Notes: generated from the letters alone by a model not told the origin. Positions 1 through 13,074 are shown, counted from the first letter of the stretch. The stretch: DNA of 64,000 nt from Azolla caroliniana (GCA_043228905.1 JBHGNT010000022.1:558001-622000); one strand, 5' to 3'. Translations and numbers: made by a program.

Positions 1-725
1 TGGATTCAGTGACTAAGTTTCAAATTGGAGCATGGAAGCCCAAAATTTCCTTTTTACAATAAATCATGTATACGTATCATGTGTGTGTCTGTGTGCATTT
101 TGCAACCTGGGTCATTTATTTGAGTTTCTTGGATGTTCCTGAATCAGGTTACAAATTTAAGAACTGATTGCAATACACACATTATAAGGATTTAACTATC
201 AAGCCAGATCACTATAGTTACATATAGAAACACGTTATTTTTCATACCTTTTGTATTGCATAGTCTTTATGTTGAAACCAAGGGTAGGGCTGATACCACT
301 CGTGTCTTCGCCATTGATTCTCTTGACTATGGTAGTTTTACCTGCATTATCAAGGCCCCTGCCACAAATGATTTTCTTTTCTTTTCTTGAGAAGTAAAAG
401 AATCTCCAAAAATTCCAAGAAGAAGAATCTCCAGAGACTGCAAATTATTATTATTAATTCTTTTTGAAAGGAATTTCTCCAAAAGGATATAAACAAGAAG
501 CTGCAAAGGATGAGAATCTCCCCGAAGGATGTGAAGCAGGATTTCCCAACAATTTTTGAGATGGGAATCTCCAGAAAGCGTGGCAAGAGGAGTGCCCAAG
601 GAACATAAGGAAGAGCAAAATCAATGTGTGATTGTGTGTGTGTGTTGGGGGGGGAACTTACACCATCAGGATCCGCATCTCCTTCTCTTTCTTCTTAACC
701 TTTCGGATGATTGAGAGAAGACCCA

Positions 726-760
726 TCTCTGTCTCTGTCTCTGTCTCTGTCTCTGTCTCT
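726..760. repeat. (TCTCTG)n microsatellite
   Basis: Direct hexamer repeat visible; gives spurious SVSVSV/ETETET ORFs. Confidence 0.95.
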
Positions 761-819
761 TGCTCTGTTTCTGTGCCTGTCTCCCCTGCAGTTTGGGAGG
801 TACATATGAATACAGTATC

Positions 820-821
<2 letters not shown>

Positions 822-851
<30 letters not shown>

Positions 852-972
852 TGTACATATATGTGTGTATGTATGTGTGTATGTATGTATGTATGTATGT
901 ATGTATGTATGTACATATATGTGTGTGTGTATGTATGTATGTATGTATGTATGTATATGTATGTATGTATGT
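822..972. repeat. (TATG)n/(TG)n compound microsatellite
   Basis: Tandem TATG with TG interruptions; explains the CMYV/HTYI ORFs. Confidence 0.95.
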
Positions 973-2841
973 AAAATAAACATAGTATTATTTGTTTCCC
1001 AAGAAGGGTTGGTTTGCATGCATCTTGTCTCGTCTCTCGCTCTTCTATCTATCGATCACCACAAAAGATCTGGTAAAGCAGCTCGTCTTCTGATCAAGTG
1101 GATTCTTTGGAAGAAGAACTCCCTTGTAAGCCGTCGGTTTTTCGATAAGGATAGCGAAAGATGCTATCGAAAGGCGCCCTCTCCTGCTACTAGTTTCTGG
1201 TGTCCGTAAGTGTTGTGTCCCACCTATACAATGAAGCAACGAATCATTGTAAGAGTAACCAACACTTTTTATGAGAGGGGAGCTTGGTTTTCATAAGAGT
1301 TTTTAAGATAGTATGCGTCGACATTAGGATCAACCTTCAATCCATAATGTTAGTGGTGGGTATTGATGCTCTCCTAGGAGTTTCAATTCATAAAGTTAGT
1401 GGTTGTTATTGCCTAAATCCCATATAGGCATGAGGGGTGAAAAGGAGATTGATAAGTTTCTTTATATCAACTTGAATCATTAGGATGGTCAAGAATACCA
1501 TTTGCCTTGGCTTGATTATGATCATACCCAAGAAGAAAGGGAAGCACGACCTTGATTAGGAGATTGTTGCTCCCAATTTGCATGAGAACAAAAAATCTAC
1601 CTTTATTGGTCATGTTTCACTTAAAGTGCCCAAACTAGTGAACACACCAATATCAAAGGTCCCGACCTCACCCACAACCATTGAGATCATTGACTCCCTT
1701 CCGAAGTCAGATGAAGTTATTGGCACCATCATCATGATCTTGCCCTTGATTGTGCAATCGTTTTCTATTCTCTATCCATTTGGTAACGTTATATATGTGT
1801 TGAGTTGTGTTAATTGTGGGTACTATGCTATCGATCCCTGATTCTTTTCATATTGTGCATTTTTTATTCGTGCAAGACTTGCATACAAGGTCATAGGTCA
1901 AGGTTGAGAGTAGATGTGTTCAAGGTAGACCGATGCTTAGAGTGGAGGGTCTTCCTTCTAGAACTAACAATAAGAGAAGTCAACATACATAACCAAAACC
2001 CACAATGATAGTAGAGGATAGATGTTGTGTAGGTTGTGTTTGTTGCGCTGAATTGCCAGGATTTTCTTCAAGGGGAGAAAGACCATGGGATTATGTGGAA
2101 TAGATGCCGAAGAGGACGAAGTGAAATCTACATATTTTTATTGCTTGACTATATCAATTTACACCACTTAAACAATACCACTTTAATCGTCTCTCGAGAA
2201 TGCAAGATGACTTAACTTACAACTCTCATATGTGTGTAGTGGGGAAGATTTAGATTCTCAATTATCACTTAATAGGCGAAAGCTCTTGTGATATGTTATT
2301 CCCCTTTCTTTTGCTTCGTTTTCACCTTCCTTCATTTTCCTCATTGTAGGAAACTCTTCCTTTTCTCCATCTTATCTGATCTCTAAATATTATTGTTGTC
2401 TTCTTCTTCCTCCTCCCTTCACACTCTTGCTCCCTAATGTTATTGCTTGCTTCTTCACTTACTCATTGATTGATTTCTTCCTTCCTTCCTTCCTTTATTT
2501 CCCTCTCTCTCCCCAAGTGTTTTTTTAAAGCTACGGACCATCCTCATTGACATGCTTCTAGGTTTCTCTAGAAGCTAATAGAACATCTTTTAATAATTAT
2601 AAAAATGGGCATGGTCAATTTTAATTCATAATTATAAAAATTGCCTTTTAAACTTTTAGAACAATCCTTTCTTGCATGTACAAATATGGCCCAAACATTC
2701 AAAAGGCCACAACTCAACCTCTAAACATCTAAGTCACGTGTTGTTTTCTCTATGATCCCTTTATCACTAAGCGTAGCCATTGGTGCCCAAATTTGACTAC
2801 TTTCACCTTGTCAAGTGTGAGCTTCAGGAGAACATGAATAA

Positions 2842-2958
2842 AGGGAACTCATTTTGGATGAGAAGGTGAACCTTGACTATTATATGACAATGGAGAATTG
2901 GGCTAACCTCTTTATGAAGGCCCTAGGAGTTGAGAAAATTAAGAAGTTGATCATTGAC
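2842..2958 (+). mobile_element. Ty1/copia RNase H C-terminal remnant
   Basis: Translates RELILDEKVNLDYYMTMENWANLFMKALG, matching the copia RNase H tail (IRE...L.Y..T....AD.FTK.L). Confidence 0.7.
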
Positions 2959-5900
2959 ATAAGAGAACACTAACTTGATGTTGATATTTGACCTCTTTGG
3001 AGAAAAAGGAAGCGTCGAATCAATTAGACATACAAATGATGGGAGAGTTCGACAAGTCGAATGAGCTACACCATCAAAGTGAATGATGTGAGAAACCATA
3101 AATGTGATGATATGGGAGTTGTCTATACAAAAGATGAAATAATATGATGTAGGGGTTCACGAAAATGGAACGACGCTAGAGTCCACCACAAATGATGTGG
3201 GAGAGACGAGAGCTCACTATATATAATAAAAAATTGCAATGGATTTTGAATTGGATCGGATCAGATGGCATGGTTGGTCCGGAGAAAGGTTCTTGATTGG
3301 GGTGTTGGATGTCATCAAGCGACAACCACATCACTCGAACAATAATTTCTAAGGTTCCTAGAGGGAATGGAGATGATTTGACTATTGGATTAAGAAACAC
3401 CAATTCAAGGAAACTTATCCAAGCTCAAGTGATCAAGCATGGTGTATTTGAGAATCTTTAGAGATTTCTCTAGAATCATTCCTTGCTCTCTAACTTGTAT
3501 GTACATCCACTTGCTTATGAATACATGAGCTATTGCACTTCTTTGTAACTAATCTCTACATAATCGCGCCATGTGAATTCATCAATATGCTTAGTCTAAT
3601 TTTTATAGTGTTGATGCTCATCAATTGGTCTTATACCTCTGTATGACATGCCTAATTCCAGTTGATTGTGCGGTTGTTTGCTTCTTTATATTTGTAAAAA
3701 AAAGCAAGGTTCATCCTCTTATATGTATAAATTATCTACATAACTAATCCTAACATACTATATGCTTGTATTGCGTACTTAATATTTTTGAAAAGGGTAG
3801 GGGTAAGACTCTTACATATATTCTCTACTTTTAGGGGGGAAAACACATTGATCACCTATAAATTATCTAACTTTTGCTAGAAACACTAAGTTCACGCTCA
3901 TACATAGGTTCCCCATTAGTATGAAAAAATCAAAGATCATGCTCACACATTCTCTACTTTTAGGAAGAAAACACAATTCATGTGCACATATATGCAATGT
4001 ATTATGTAGATCAACACCACAAGTCGATGCTAGTCAAAGCTTTATCATATGTCTCATTGCTCCAATTTTCTATTTCCCTTGTCTCCCCTATGTTCTCTTG
4101 TCTCTTGCCTCTTTTGGCACCACTTGTCAAATTTTGCTCTACCTGCAATTCCTCTTTCCCAAATATGCACTCTTTCTCATCCCCCTTATTCATTCTTTTG
4201 CTCATGATCCACATCTCCCCAAATCCCTACCCTCGACATTCTTGACAAGTTCAATTTAGGTTTTCATTGAAGACAAGGTTGTTGGGGTTCACTGTACAAT
4301 ACATCATGAAAGGCTAAGATCAATTCCATCGAAGATTCATGTGGTAGATAGCCAAGTCATGATGTCGAGGCTAATCACAAGCATTTTCTTGTTGAGGGTG
4401 TGGTTGGATGGAATCACGTGATTCAACTATTTCAGTACGTCAAAATTAACAAGAGATTGACCACTGAGTCTTGTAATCCAAATGGAGAATGGAATCATCC
4501 CTCGACAAACCATCATTCATAATAATTTTTAGAAAAATCATGAAACATGTTTATAAATTTCTCGTCTATACATATATTATTGTTGCTTGGGACATTATTT
4601 GTAAATTTCAAGTTCACCCCCCCTAAAAAAAACCATTGCTTTGCATTAGTTAGCAAACAAAGTACATCAAAGTTCAACCATTAACCTTAGAGATATATAT
4701 ATATATATCCAACAACTCTAAAAACCAACAACAAATTTAACAAAACTCACATTGGCCTTCCCCTCACAAACCAAATCATAATCCCCACCCCCTCATTTCA
4801 ACTAAATTATCCCACCTACTCTTTTACAACAAAATTATCCGAGTACCACAACAATGGTAACTTGTACCGCAACTATACATATTTACATCTTCTCGAGTCC
4901 ACTAATGGGAGCCACTGGCGGAAACAACCACTTGGGTGCTTGGTGGTTCCATTTAGGCCTTGTCGAAGATTTGACCATCATAGGAGAACCGCCCCATTTC
5001 AACAAAAACTTTGACCGTGCCCTTTCTGCTTCGTTCGATTCCCCCTGAATCGAGTCATACCGTCCGCGCAACCAGGATACAAGCTCTAACTAGATATTTA
5101 GCAACACCTCAATGATTAAAATCTAAAGTAGCAAGCAGACACCATCTCCATGTCAGTACAAGCTCAACTTAAGCTTTTGCTCACTATACAAAATTATTAT
5201 AGTTCGATAGTTTGCATTAATTTATTAGAGGTCACACAAAATATGTCATGGAATTGTAGTGCTAGTGCATGTAATGCTCGCAAGAAATTTCTTTAGGCCA
5301 AAAAGTGGTTTGCGAGCTTCTTACATAAATTTTGGGTGTGACCAAGATTGATGAGCTTTTGAAAGTTTGATATTTCTCTCTCTTCTATGAACATTCATAA
5401 CCCTTTGAAGACCATATATGAACCTTGATGACCCAACCATATGATCCATTGATGACTCATCCATGACATACCCATAGAACAATACATTGAATAAATAAAA
5501 ATTGCACTATAAAAGCTGAATTGTTCTTCAAATAAATAAAATCATGGTACTTTTTAGAAATAAAATTTCATGTCTCTTGTAAGGGTTTTTCGTGTGTCAA
5601 TTTATTGGTGGCCGGCTTTCCCTTGACCCTACTACCTCTCACCAAAATATAGCTTTTTGCTTTTTTCTCTCAATAGAGAACAAGGAAATTATTTGCTTTC
5701 CTCATGCATGTCTTTATTTGGGTTGGATGTTTATTTTTATAAGTAGTCAATCTTATTACTTTTAACTTTCTTTATGTTTACTTTAACATTTATTGTTTAT
5801 CTATTTATTTAGTCCTTATTTTAGAAAATTTAAGTTTTGATGTGTACTAGGCTTAGTGTTGCTCGAATGAAGGAGTGTAAGGTGCACATTAATGTTGGTT

Positions 5901-6758
5901 CAATCGTGCACACATGCATAACTTCAAAGTTCTTGGCATATTCTCGGTTCAATCAAACATAGTTATATTGGAGAGGTTTGTGTGTAGGTCAATGAGTTTA
6001 TTCATGTTATTGGTGCTGGTTCATTGATGTTGATACAAAGTCTAGGTTTAGGTGGAGGATTGATATGAGTGATGCATTACAGGTTTATGCTATGTATATG
6101 ACAATGATCTGGTTAATGCTACACTCAACAATGCGCAAGAAGTTACATAATGGATATGCTCCATGGAGATTGAATCGAAAAAAATGCACATAACAATAAC
6201 ATGCGACATCTCAGGATAGAATTGTTGATAGATAGCACAAATGTGAATACGAGGTACCATTTCTCAGGTTTGATAGACAATTACATATATGTGAGCTCCT
6301 TTGATGTTTTGGTAATGGTGGGCACAAAGTCGAAGACTGTATTATGTACAGACGACCTACCTTGTCGATAGCCTTGGGTTGGCGATGGGCTCTGGCAACA
6401 TATCTAGAGAGATGCACGTATGTGTGCATGACCATATTGGTTGCCTGCCACGTCAACATCTAATAATGCCGAAGCAACTCCTTCACATTGACGTACACAT
6501 GTGACTGAGATGGACGATTTTCTCGAGCATGCACCACCTATATGTTGCCTATGTTTCGATCTCTCGGCTCATTTATGTAGAATCGTCGACGACTAAACCT
6601 AACCGACACCCACAATGTTGTTGACACGAACAACACTTGTCTTTGGGAGGTTGGTCACATGGGGCACACTTGTTCTTCGACACAAACGTCACATGTCATG
6701 TTCTCACACATATGGCCATCCTCCTTCATGGATGGTGGGAGTGGAGTTTGTTTCTTAT

Positions 6759-6987
6759 TATGCTTTATTTACATATATAGCCTTATTTGCATATGTATAT
6801 GTATGTATGTATAAAATATACAGGGAGTTTGTTGTTGTTGTTGTTATTATTATTATGCTTCATTTACATATATAGCCGTATTTGCATATGTATATGTACA
6901 TAGTATGTACATATAAAATATACTACATATAAAATATACAAGGGAAGTTTGTTATTATTATTATTATGCTTAATTTACATATATAGC
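6759..6987. repeat. Imperfect ~95-110 bp tandem repeat (about 2.3 copies) upstream of the carrier gene
   Basis: TATGCTT.ATTTACATATATAGC recurs at ~6759, ~6854, ~6964 with shared intervening sequence. Confidence 0.8.
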
Positions 6988-7109
6988 TTCATGTCGTTAT
7001 AACTTATGCATATGCATATGTGTTTTGTATACCAAGAGTTGAGGAACAGAGAAAGAGAAGAGAGCAAGAGACAGATAGCCATAGCCATAGCCATTAGACA
7101 TTAGACACA

Positions 7110-8177
7110 ATGGAAGAGGTTGCCAAGGATCTAACTGCAGGAACAGTGGGAGGGATTGCACAGCTTGTGGTAGGGCACCCCTTTGATACCATCAAAGTAA
7201 AGCTTCAGAGCCAACCCTCACCATCACCATCACCATCACCATCACCATCACCATCACCATCACCATCATCAGTACCAAGGTATTCTTCAGCCATGGATGC
7301 TGTGAAGAAGATAATCGCCCAAGAAGGCCCCAGAGGCCTCTTCAAAGGCATGGGCGCCCCGCTGGCCTCGGTCGCGGCCCTCAACGCGGTCCTCTTCTCG
7401 GCGCGAGGCCAGATGGAGAATATCCTCCGGAGATTCCACGGCATCGGCGAGGGATCTTCGGCGGCTCATTTGAGCATCTTGGATCAGATGGTGTGCGGGG
7501 TGGGCGCGGGGGCCTCGGTCTCGGTGCTCGCATGTCCCACGGAGCTCGTGAAGTGTCGGCTCCAAGCGCAAGCTTGCGTACCTCCCGTGGACCCTAGGGA
7601 AGGCCCACTAGGCACCTCCCGATCGGCCCCCGGAAAGCATGCGAATTCTAGCCTCGTAGTAGCAGCGTCCGGGGTGCCCAGCCATACCAATGGCACTACA
7701 CGCTTCGGGTCGGGCCACGGGCCAATGAGGTACAAAGGACCCCTCGATGTCGCCCTCCGCGTGTTGCGCTCCGAAGGCGGCCCCGCCGGCCTCTTCACGG
7801 GCCTCGCCCCCACCATGCTCCGCGAGATCCCCGGGAACGCCATCATGTTCGGGGCCTACGAGGTCCTCAAGCGCGCCCTCGCGGGCGGGGGCCCCGACAC
7901 CTCCTCGCTCGGTGTCGGCCCCATCGTGGCCGCCGGTGGCCTCGCCGGGTCTTGCTACTGGCTCTCCGTCTACCCCGCTGATGTCGTCAAGAGTGCCATC
8001 CAAGTGGACGATCCGCATAACCCCAAGTATCGTGGCACCCTCGATGCATTCCGTAAGGTCTACTCTAATGAGGGCTTGAAGGGCCTCTACAAAGGTTTCT
8101 CGCCCGCCATGGCCCGTAGCATACCCGCCAATGCTGCGTGCTTCTTGGCTTATGAGATTGTCAAGTCTAACCTTTGA
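7110..8177 (+). CDS. BOU: Mitochondrial carrier family, carnitine/acylcarnitine-carrier-like (A BOUT DE SOUFFLE type), single exon, 355 aa
   Basis: Three carrier signatures PFDTIKVKLQ, PTELVKCRLQ, PADVVKSAIQ; N-terminus KDLTAGTVGGIAQLVVGHPFD and C-terminus PAMARSIPANAACFLAYE recognisably like Arabidopsis BOU. Confidence 0.93.
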   Translation: MEEVAKDLTAGTVGGIAQLVVGHPFDTIKVKLQSQPSPSPSPSPSPSPSPSPSSVPRYSSAMDAVKKIIAQEGPRGLFKGMGAPLASVAALNAVLFSARGQMENILRRFHGIGEGSSAAHLSILDQMVCGVGAGASVSVLACPTELVKCRLQAQACVPPVDPREGPLGTSRSAPGKHANSSLVVAASGVPSHTNGTTRFGSGHGPMRYKGPLDVALRVLRSEGGPAGLFTGLAPTMLREIPGNAIMFGAYEVLKRALAGGGPDTSSLGVGPIVAAGGLAGSCYWLSVYPADVVKSAIQVDDPHNPKYRGTLDAFRKVYSNEGLKGLYKGFSPAMARSIPANAACFLAYEIVKSNL

Positions 8178-8179
8178 TA

Positions 8180-8335
8180 GGATGTGAAACCAAAACCCCT
8201 CAACCCAACTCTTTGGTCCTCGATCGGATGTGAAACCGCTCAACCCAACTCTTTGGTCCTCGATCGAATGTGAAACCGCACAACCCAACTCTTTGGACCT
8301 CGATCAAATGTGGAACCGCTCAACCTACTCTTTTG
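8180..8335. repeat. 40-bp tandem repeat (about 4 copies) starting right after the BOU stop codon
   Basis: Unit GATGTGAAACCGCTCAACCCAACTCTTTGGTCCTCGATCG with variants. Confidence 0.9.
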
Positions 8336-8699
8336 CTAACACAGTCACCATTCTCTCTCTGTCTCTCTCTCTTATCACCTTGTGATGATTTTTGAGTCCA
8401 TGCATGCTCAAATACCGATGATTATCATTATGGTAAAAAGTTCCCGAGGACTTTTGTTCAAAATGATTGCTTGTTCGAAACCTTGATATTTTCTTGTCCC
8501 ACATTGATGGTTTGCCTTCCTATTTAAGGATTAGTGAAGAGAAAATGATATATTCATCACTATACTCATAAAGACACAGTTTTCTAAGCATTTATTATTG
8601 GATAAACAAGATAGAACTATGTAATCAAGAATCAAGAATTTGGGTTTCGTAATGTTGTTTTCAACTTCCACACCATGGGTACGGCACCATATCCGTAAC

Positions 8700-9547
8700 C
8701 ATAGATTGAGCCATGCGTGATATTCTTGAGATTCGACATCCGTAATATTCGTGGTATTCGAGAATAGAAAATGGCCCTAAGAATATTATAAAACCATTCG
8801 TTTACATATACATATACACACATACATACATACACATACATATATACACACATACACAAACATATATATACATATACACACACATACATAGATACATATA
8901 CACACACATACATATATGTGTACACAGACATACATCAATAATTAATTAACTCATTAATATAATGATTAATTTACTATTAACTAATTAATTCACTTAAACA
9001 TTAATTGATTCACTAATACATTAATTAATTTACAAATACATATCTTAATTCATTAACATATTAATTAATTCATTGGAAAATATTAGTTAATTAATTAATA
9101 ATCAATTAATGCATTAATAATTAATTAATTAGGGCTTTGGCAAAACTTAGGGTTTCAGTGAAACTCTGAATTTGTAGCGGACAACAGGATGTAGGATTAG
9201 GTAGAGCATGAGAGGGAGTCGATGATGCAGGTCGAAAAGAAGAAATTTTGTCGAAATTAGGATTATGACAGAAATTAGGGTTTTCTGTCGAAACCCTAAT
9301 TTCTGGCCGAGAACAGGATATAGAGGGAAGCGAGGGTGTAAGTAGCACGCAGAGGGAGTAGGGTGAGGCGTCTTTGCTTCCTGTTGGCCACTGTTCACTC
9401 GCTCGTAAATAAAACACATTTTTATTTTTATTTTTATTTTTTTATTTTCAAAAAAAAGAAGAAAACGAATATATTTACGTGTATTCGTATTCCTATTCGT
9501 ATGGATTCGTGGGGCAGGCCCCACGAATGCGAATATTTCAATCTATG
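8700..9547. mobile_element. Non-autonomous hAT-type element (MITE), 848 bp
   Basis: TIRs CATAGATTGA...TCAATCTATG; exact 8-bp TSD TCCGTAAC at 8692-8699 and 9548-9555; AT-rich non-coding interior. Confidence 0.88.
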
Positions 9548-10450
9548 TCCGTAACATACATTTTCCCTTTTTTGCAATGCATTAAATTACATGTGAGGGA
9601 CCTCACGAAGAGTTGAGAAAACCATTCACAAGGAATAGACATGATATTGATTTTCGATATTGAAATAAACTTAGAATCACAAGGTGATCGTAATGGACAA
9701 GCATGTAGAACATCAAAGAGTGTCCATAGAGTTCAAACCTTCATAGAGCGAAGTTGTGTATGGTTGCTAGAGTCATGGACAAATTACCTGAATTCTAAAA
9801 GTGCTTGCTCAAACTATCACCAACGAACATTATTGATTAGTCTTGGAGATTTGTTCCTCTCTTTCGATTTCTAATTCATATTATTGCAAAATCATTTGGG
9901 TCCACATACAATTAGTGCTTGTCCTATTTCAATCTCCACTTGATAAATGTCAAAGTATCTCATTCTATTGTTATGTCTACTCTAGTTATTTGTGTGAGTG
10001 TATCTTTGTACTAGCAAAGTTTTGTCTCCACATCAATATCGTAGGTTGAGGGTTCAAACCACCATATACCCTATTCATGGTGAGTCGTACGAGAGTGGTT
10101 ATTGAACACTCCCAAGCTGCTAACCTTGTTTAGCCTAGCCTTGGTAACCACCTCTTCTAAGCACTACGCTCATTAAGAAACTTACTAATGCCATATGTCA
10201 GCTGGCATTCCTATGTGGAATTTCTAGATGTTAGAGCAGTTGGGGTCATTTTTTCAAGTGCACATTCAAGTTTAAAGGACATGCCGCTCCCAACATATGT
10301 TGTCATAGTATTAGGGTTCATTGACTGAGCAATAGCTAGGGGGTGGGTATCACCTTGTAGTTTTAGTTTCGCTTACGCATTGTGAAGGTCAGACTCGAGT
10401 CGGGCCATGCGGCCTTTAGATGCTTTAAGTTTGGCTTCCACTTCTCGTTG

Positions 10451-11760
10451 TCAGGCCATGAGTAGAGCTTCGATGGTGAGAGCTATGTAGTAGTGCTTTA
10501 GTTTGCTACTGTTGATGAATCCTAGAATGTCAATTCCTTTGAGTGTGTGTATTCGACATGCTATTGTCTTGGTAATCTCTGAGATTACATATGGGCCTTC
10601 ACCCCGTAATTTGAGCTTCTTTTTGTGTCGTTGAGAGACAAATTTGAGGGCCATGTCTCCTTTAGTTAGGTCTTTATCCTTTACTTTGTTGCCATGCCAC
10701 GCCTTTTTGTTGGCTTTCTCTGCTAGGAGTGCTTGGAATGCAAGTAGCTGAGTTTCTATTAGATGTTCCAAGTTCTCTAGGTTTGATGGGAGGGGGTTCC
10801 CATCCCATTGTTCTTGGATGGCTATCTTGAGGCTAGGGACGAGGAACTCGACAAGTAGTACCGCCTCTTGTCCATATACAATTTGACGGGCTTGTGGTGA
10901 GTTGCTACTTTGTAGGAGGTGCAAAAAGGCCACAATGTAGCTTGGAGTTTGGTGCTCCAATTGAACCAAGAGACGACGATTATCTTCGTAAGCACTGTAC
11001 ATAGCACCTTATTAGTGCTTTCCGCTTGTCCATTGCATCGGGGGTAGTAAGGGGAGCTCTTGCGGTGCGTCACCATGAACTCGCCTAGTAGGTGTGCTAC
11101 CTCAGTGAGGAAATGCGAGCCTTGGTCACTAATGATTTCGAGTGGGCATCCAAACCATGTGATGACGTTTTCACATAGGAATCTAGCAGTGGTGTGAGCA
11201 TCGGCATTAACATAGGCTTTGGCTTTGGCCCACTTGGTGGCATAATTGGTGGCGGTGATTATGTATCGGTTGAGATTTGGAAGCTAGATAAAATCAATAC
11301 CCCATTTCTCGAATGGCTGCCAAGCCACTATTGGGTTTAATGTGTTGAAATCCACTTTTTGTGAGCGCTTAAAACGTTGGCACTCGTCACACCGATGTAC
11401 GTACTTGTATGTGTCTTTAAATAGTGTTGACCATCATAGGCCTGATTGGAGGACTTTGCGTATGGTGGACTCAGGCTTGAAATGACCGCTTCCACTTTCG
11501 CAATGAGCTTGTTCGATGACGGTGATGACATCATGGTCTACTACACACATTCGAAGTACATCGTCGTTGCCTCTTGATACAAGTTCCCTCTGAGCATCGT
11601 GAAGGGGCCACACTTCCTCAACAATACACGTGCTTGGGCATGATTTAATTATTTTAAGAAGAATGCTCCACGTTTGATTAAGACGCGGACGATGTCTGAT
11701 GTCTTTGACTGCCAGTGTCATAAAAAATTTACCTGAACAAGCATTGAAAGTGACTTGTGT
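10451..11760 (-). mobile_element. Decayed Ty3/gypsy integrase (plant non-chromovirus-like)
   Basis: Fragments HCESGSGHF (HHCC), PFEKWGIDF, YYPRCNGQAESTNK, KLKLRGEGPY across frameshifts. Confidence 0.85.
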
Positions 11761-11823
11761 AGAATCTATGTATCAATGGAGGTAAACCCTCTTCGATATC
11801 ATTTGTGGAGCTCGGACCGGCGT

Positions 11824-11973
11824 TGTTACGGGCATGACCATACTTTATCCATGTGTATAGAATACTACAATAAATTCTCACCACGGGATACGGGCATGAC
11901 CATATAATATCCCGTGGTGAGAATTTACCATAGTATTCTATACACGGGATATTATATGGTCATGCCCGTAACA
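11824..11973. repeat. 150-bp foldback (long inverted repeat), TG...CA ends
   Basis: Arms TGTTACGGGCATGACCATA...AATTCTCACCACGGGATA and its reverse complement, about 65 bp each with few mismatches. Confidence 0.85.
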
Positions 11974-13074
11974 GACGTATACCCTTTTGATGGTGAATCG
12001 GGCGGAGATGGTTGTCGGACACCTCCGAGTCTCACACTCAATGATTAATTGAGTATTAAGCACGATATCTCTCTCACTCTCATAGACAATAAGAGTAATG
12101 AATACGTTTATTAACCCTCTTTGCTAAGAGGTCTAGCATGAAGAAGGAAGAGAGATTAGTGTTCTCTAACTAAACACTTCACTAATTTCTTAAGAGCTTA
12201 AGGGATACAAGGAGGAGAAGAAGCTCTAGCTCTTAATCAATAGGGAGACCTTTACGAATGGAAGAACCCTTACAAAGCCACCACAATGTGGTTTATATAG
12301 TATTTACATTTAGGGTAATGCCTCTTTAACACTTGGTTGCCCATTAGCTCCTTTTCCTCTTGTTAGCCGGTCTGCTACCCAGGATCGGAGTTGGACAAGT
12401 GTGGAAACGAGTCGGAGTCGAAATCGACAATGTTCGGAGTTGGACAAATGTGAAAGAGTCGAAGTCAGAAGTCAGAAGACAGAAGGAAATATGATTATTT
12501 GCCAAGTAGAAAAAATAGAATTAGTTAAAACAATTTTGTTATAGTTCTTGATGAACAAGGCAAGTGTAAATCTTGGAAGAGAGACTCTCGGATCACCTAT
12601 AAAAAGGACTGAGGGTCACAGTCTAACTTTTATCGTTCTATTAAATTGGTTTAATATAAGTTAGTTGTTAGTTATCTGTTGTGTCGGCTATATCATATTG
12701 TATGCTTAACTATTCTGTGTTTGTGTTGAACTTCTAGTTACCATATCTGCTAATTAACCATATTAAGCTAAATAGTCAATCATCAAGTACCTAGCAATCA
12801 GAGTAGTGTTCTCTGTCTATCAAGTCTTGAGTATAGACTAACACTAGCAATCCAATTTCCTACCATAATCATCTTGACAGAACGTTTGACCTATTGTGTT
12901 TGTTGGATACAACAGTCGGTTGTCGACAGATCAACACCTCTCTGCCATTTCTTCTTCAAAGTTCCCTTAGTCGTACTATGTCCTAGTTGGTGCACTCTTC
13001 TTCATAACCGATCGTGGTGCAATCCAAGTGGTGCAATCCTCTCGTTAGCCCATCTTTGGTTGCCTGTGTCATCA

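Noticed and set aside
632-1209. Several overlapping ORFs rich in CMYV/HTYI/SV
   Set aside because: Translations of microsatellites
340-1360. LTR-like region
   Set aside because: No PBS, partner LTR or TSD could be identified
4854-6600. Short ORFs and coding-looking patches at 4880-5070 and 6300-6500
   Set aside because: No recognisable motif; stops present; probably decayed TE
7205-8288. Antisense and alternate-frame ORFs up to 226 aa over BOU
   Set aside because: Expected shadow ORFs of a GC-rich CDS
8180-8335. CRISPR-like regular repeats
   Set aside because: Units are contiguous with no unique spacers; eukaryotic context; no cas genes
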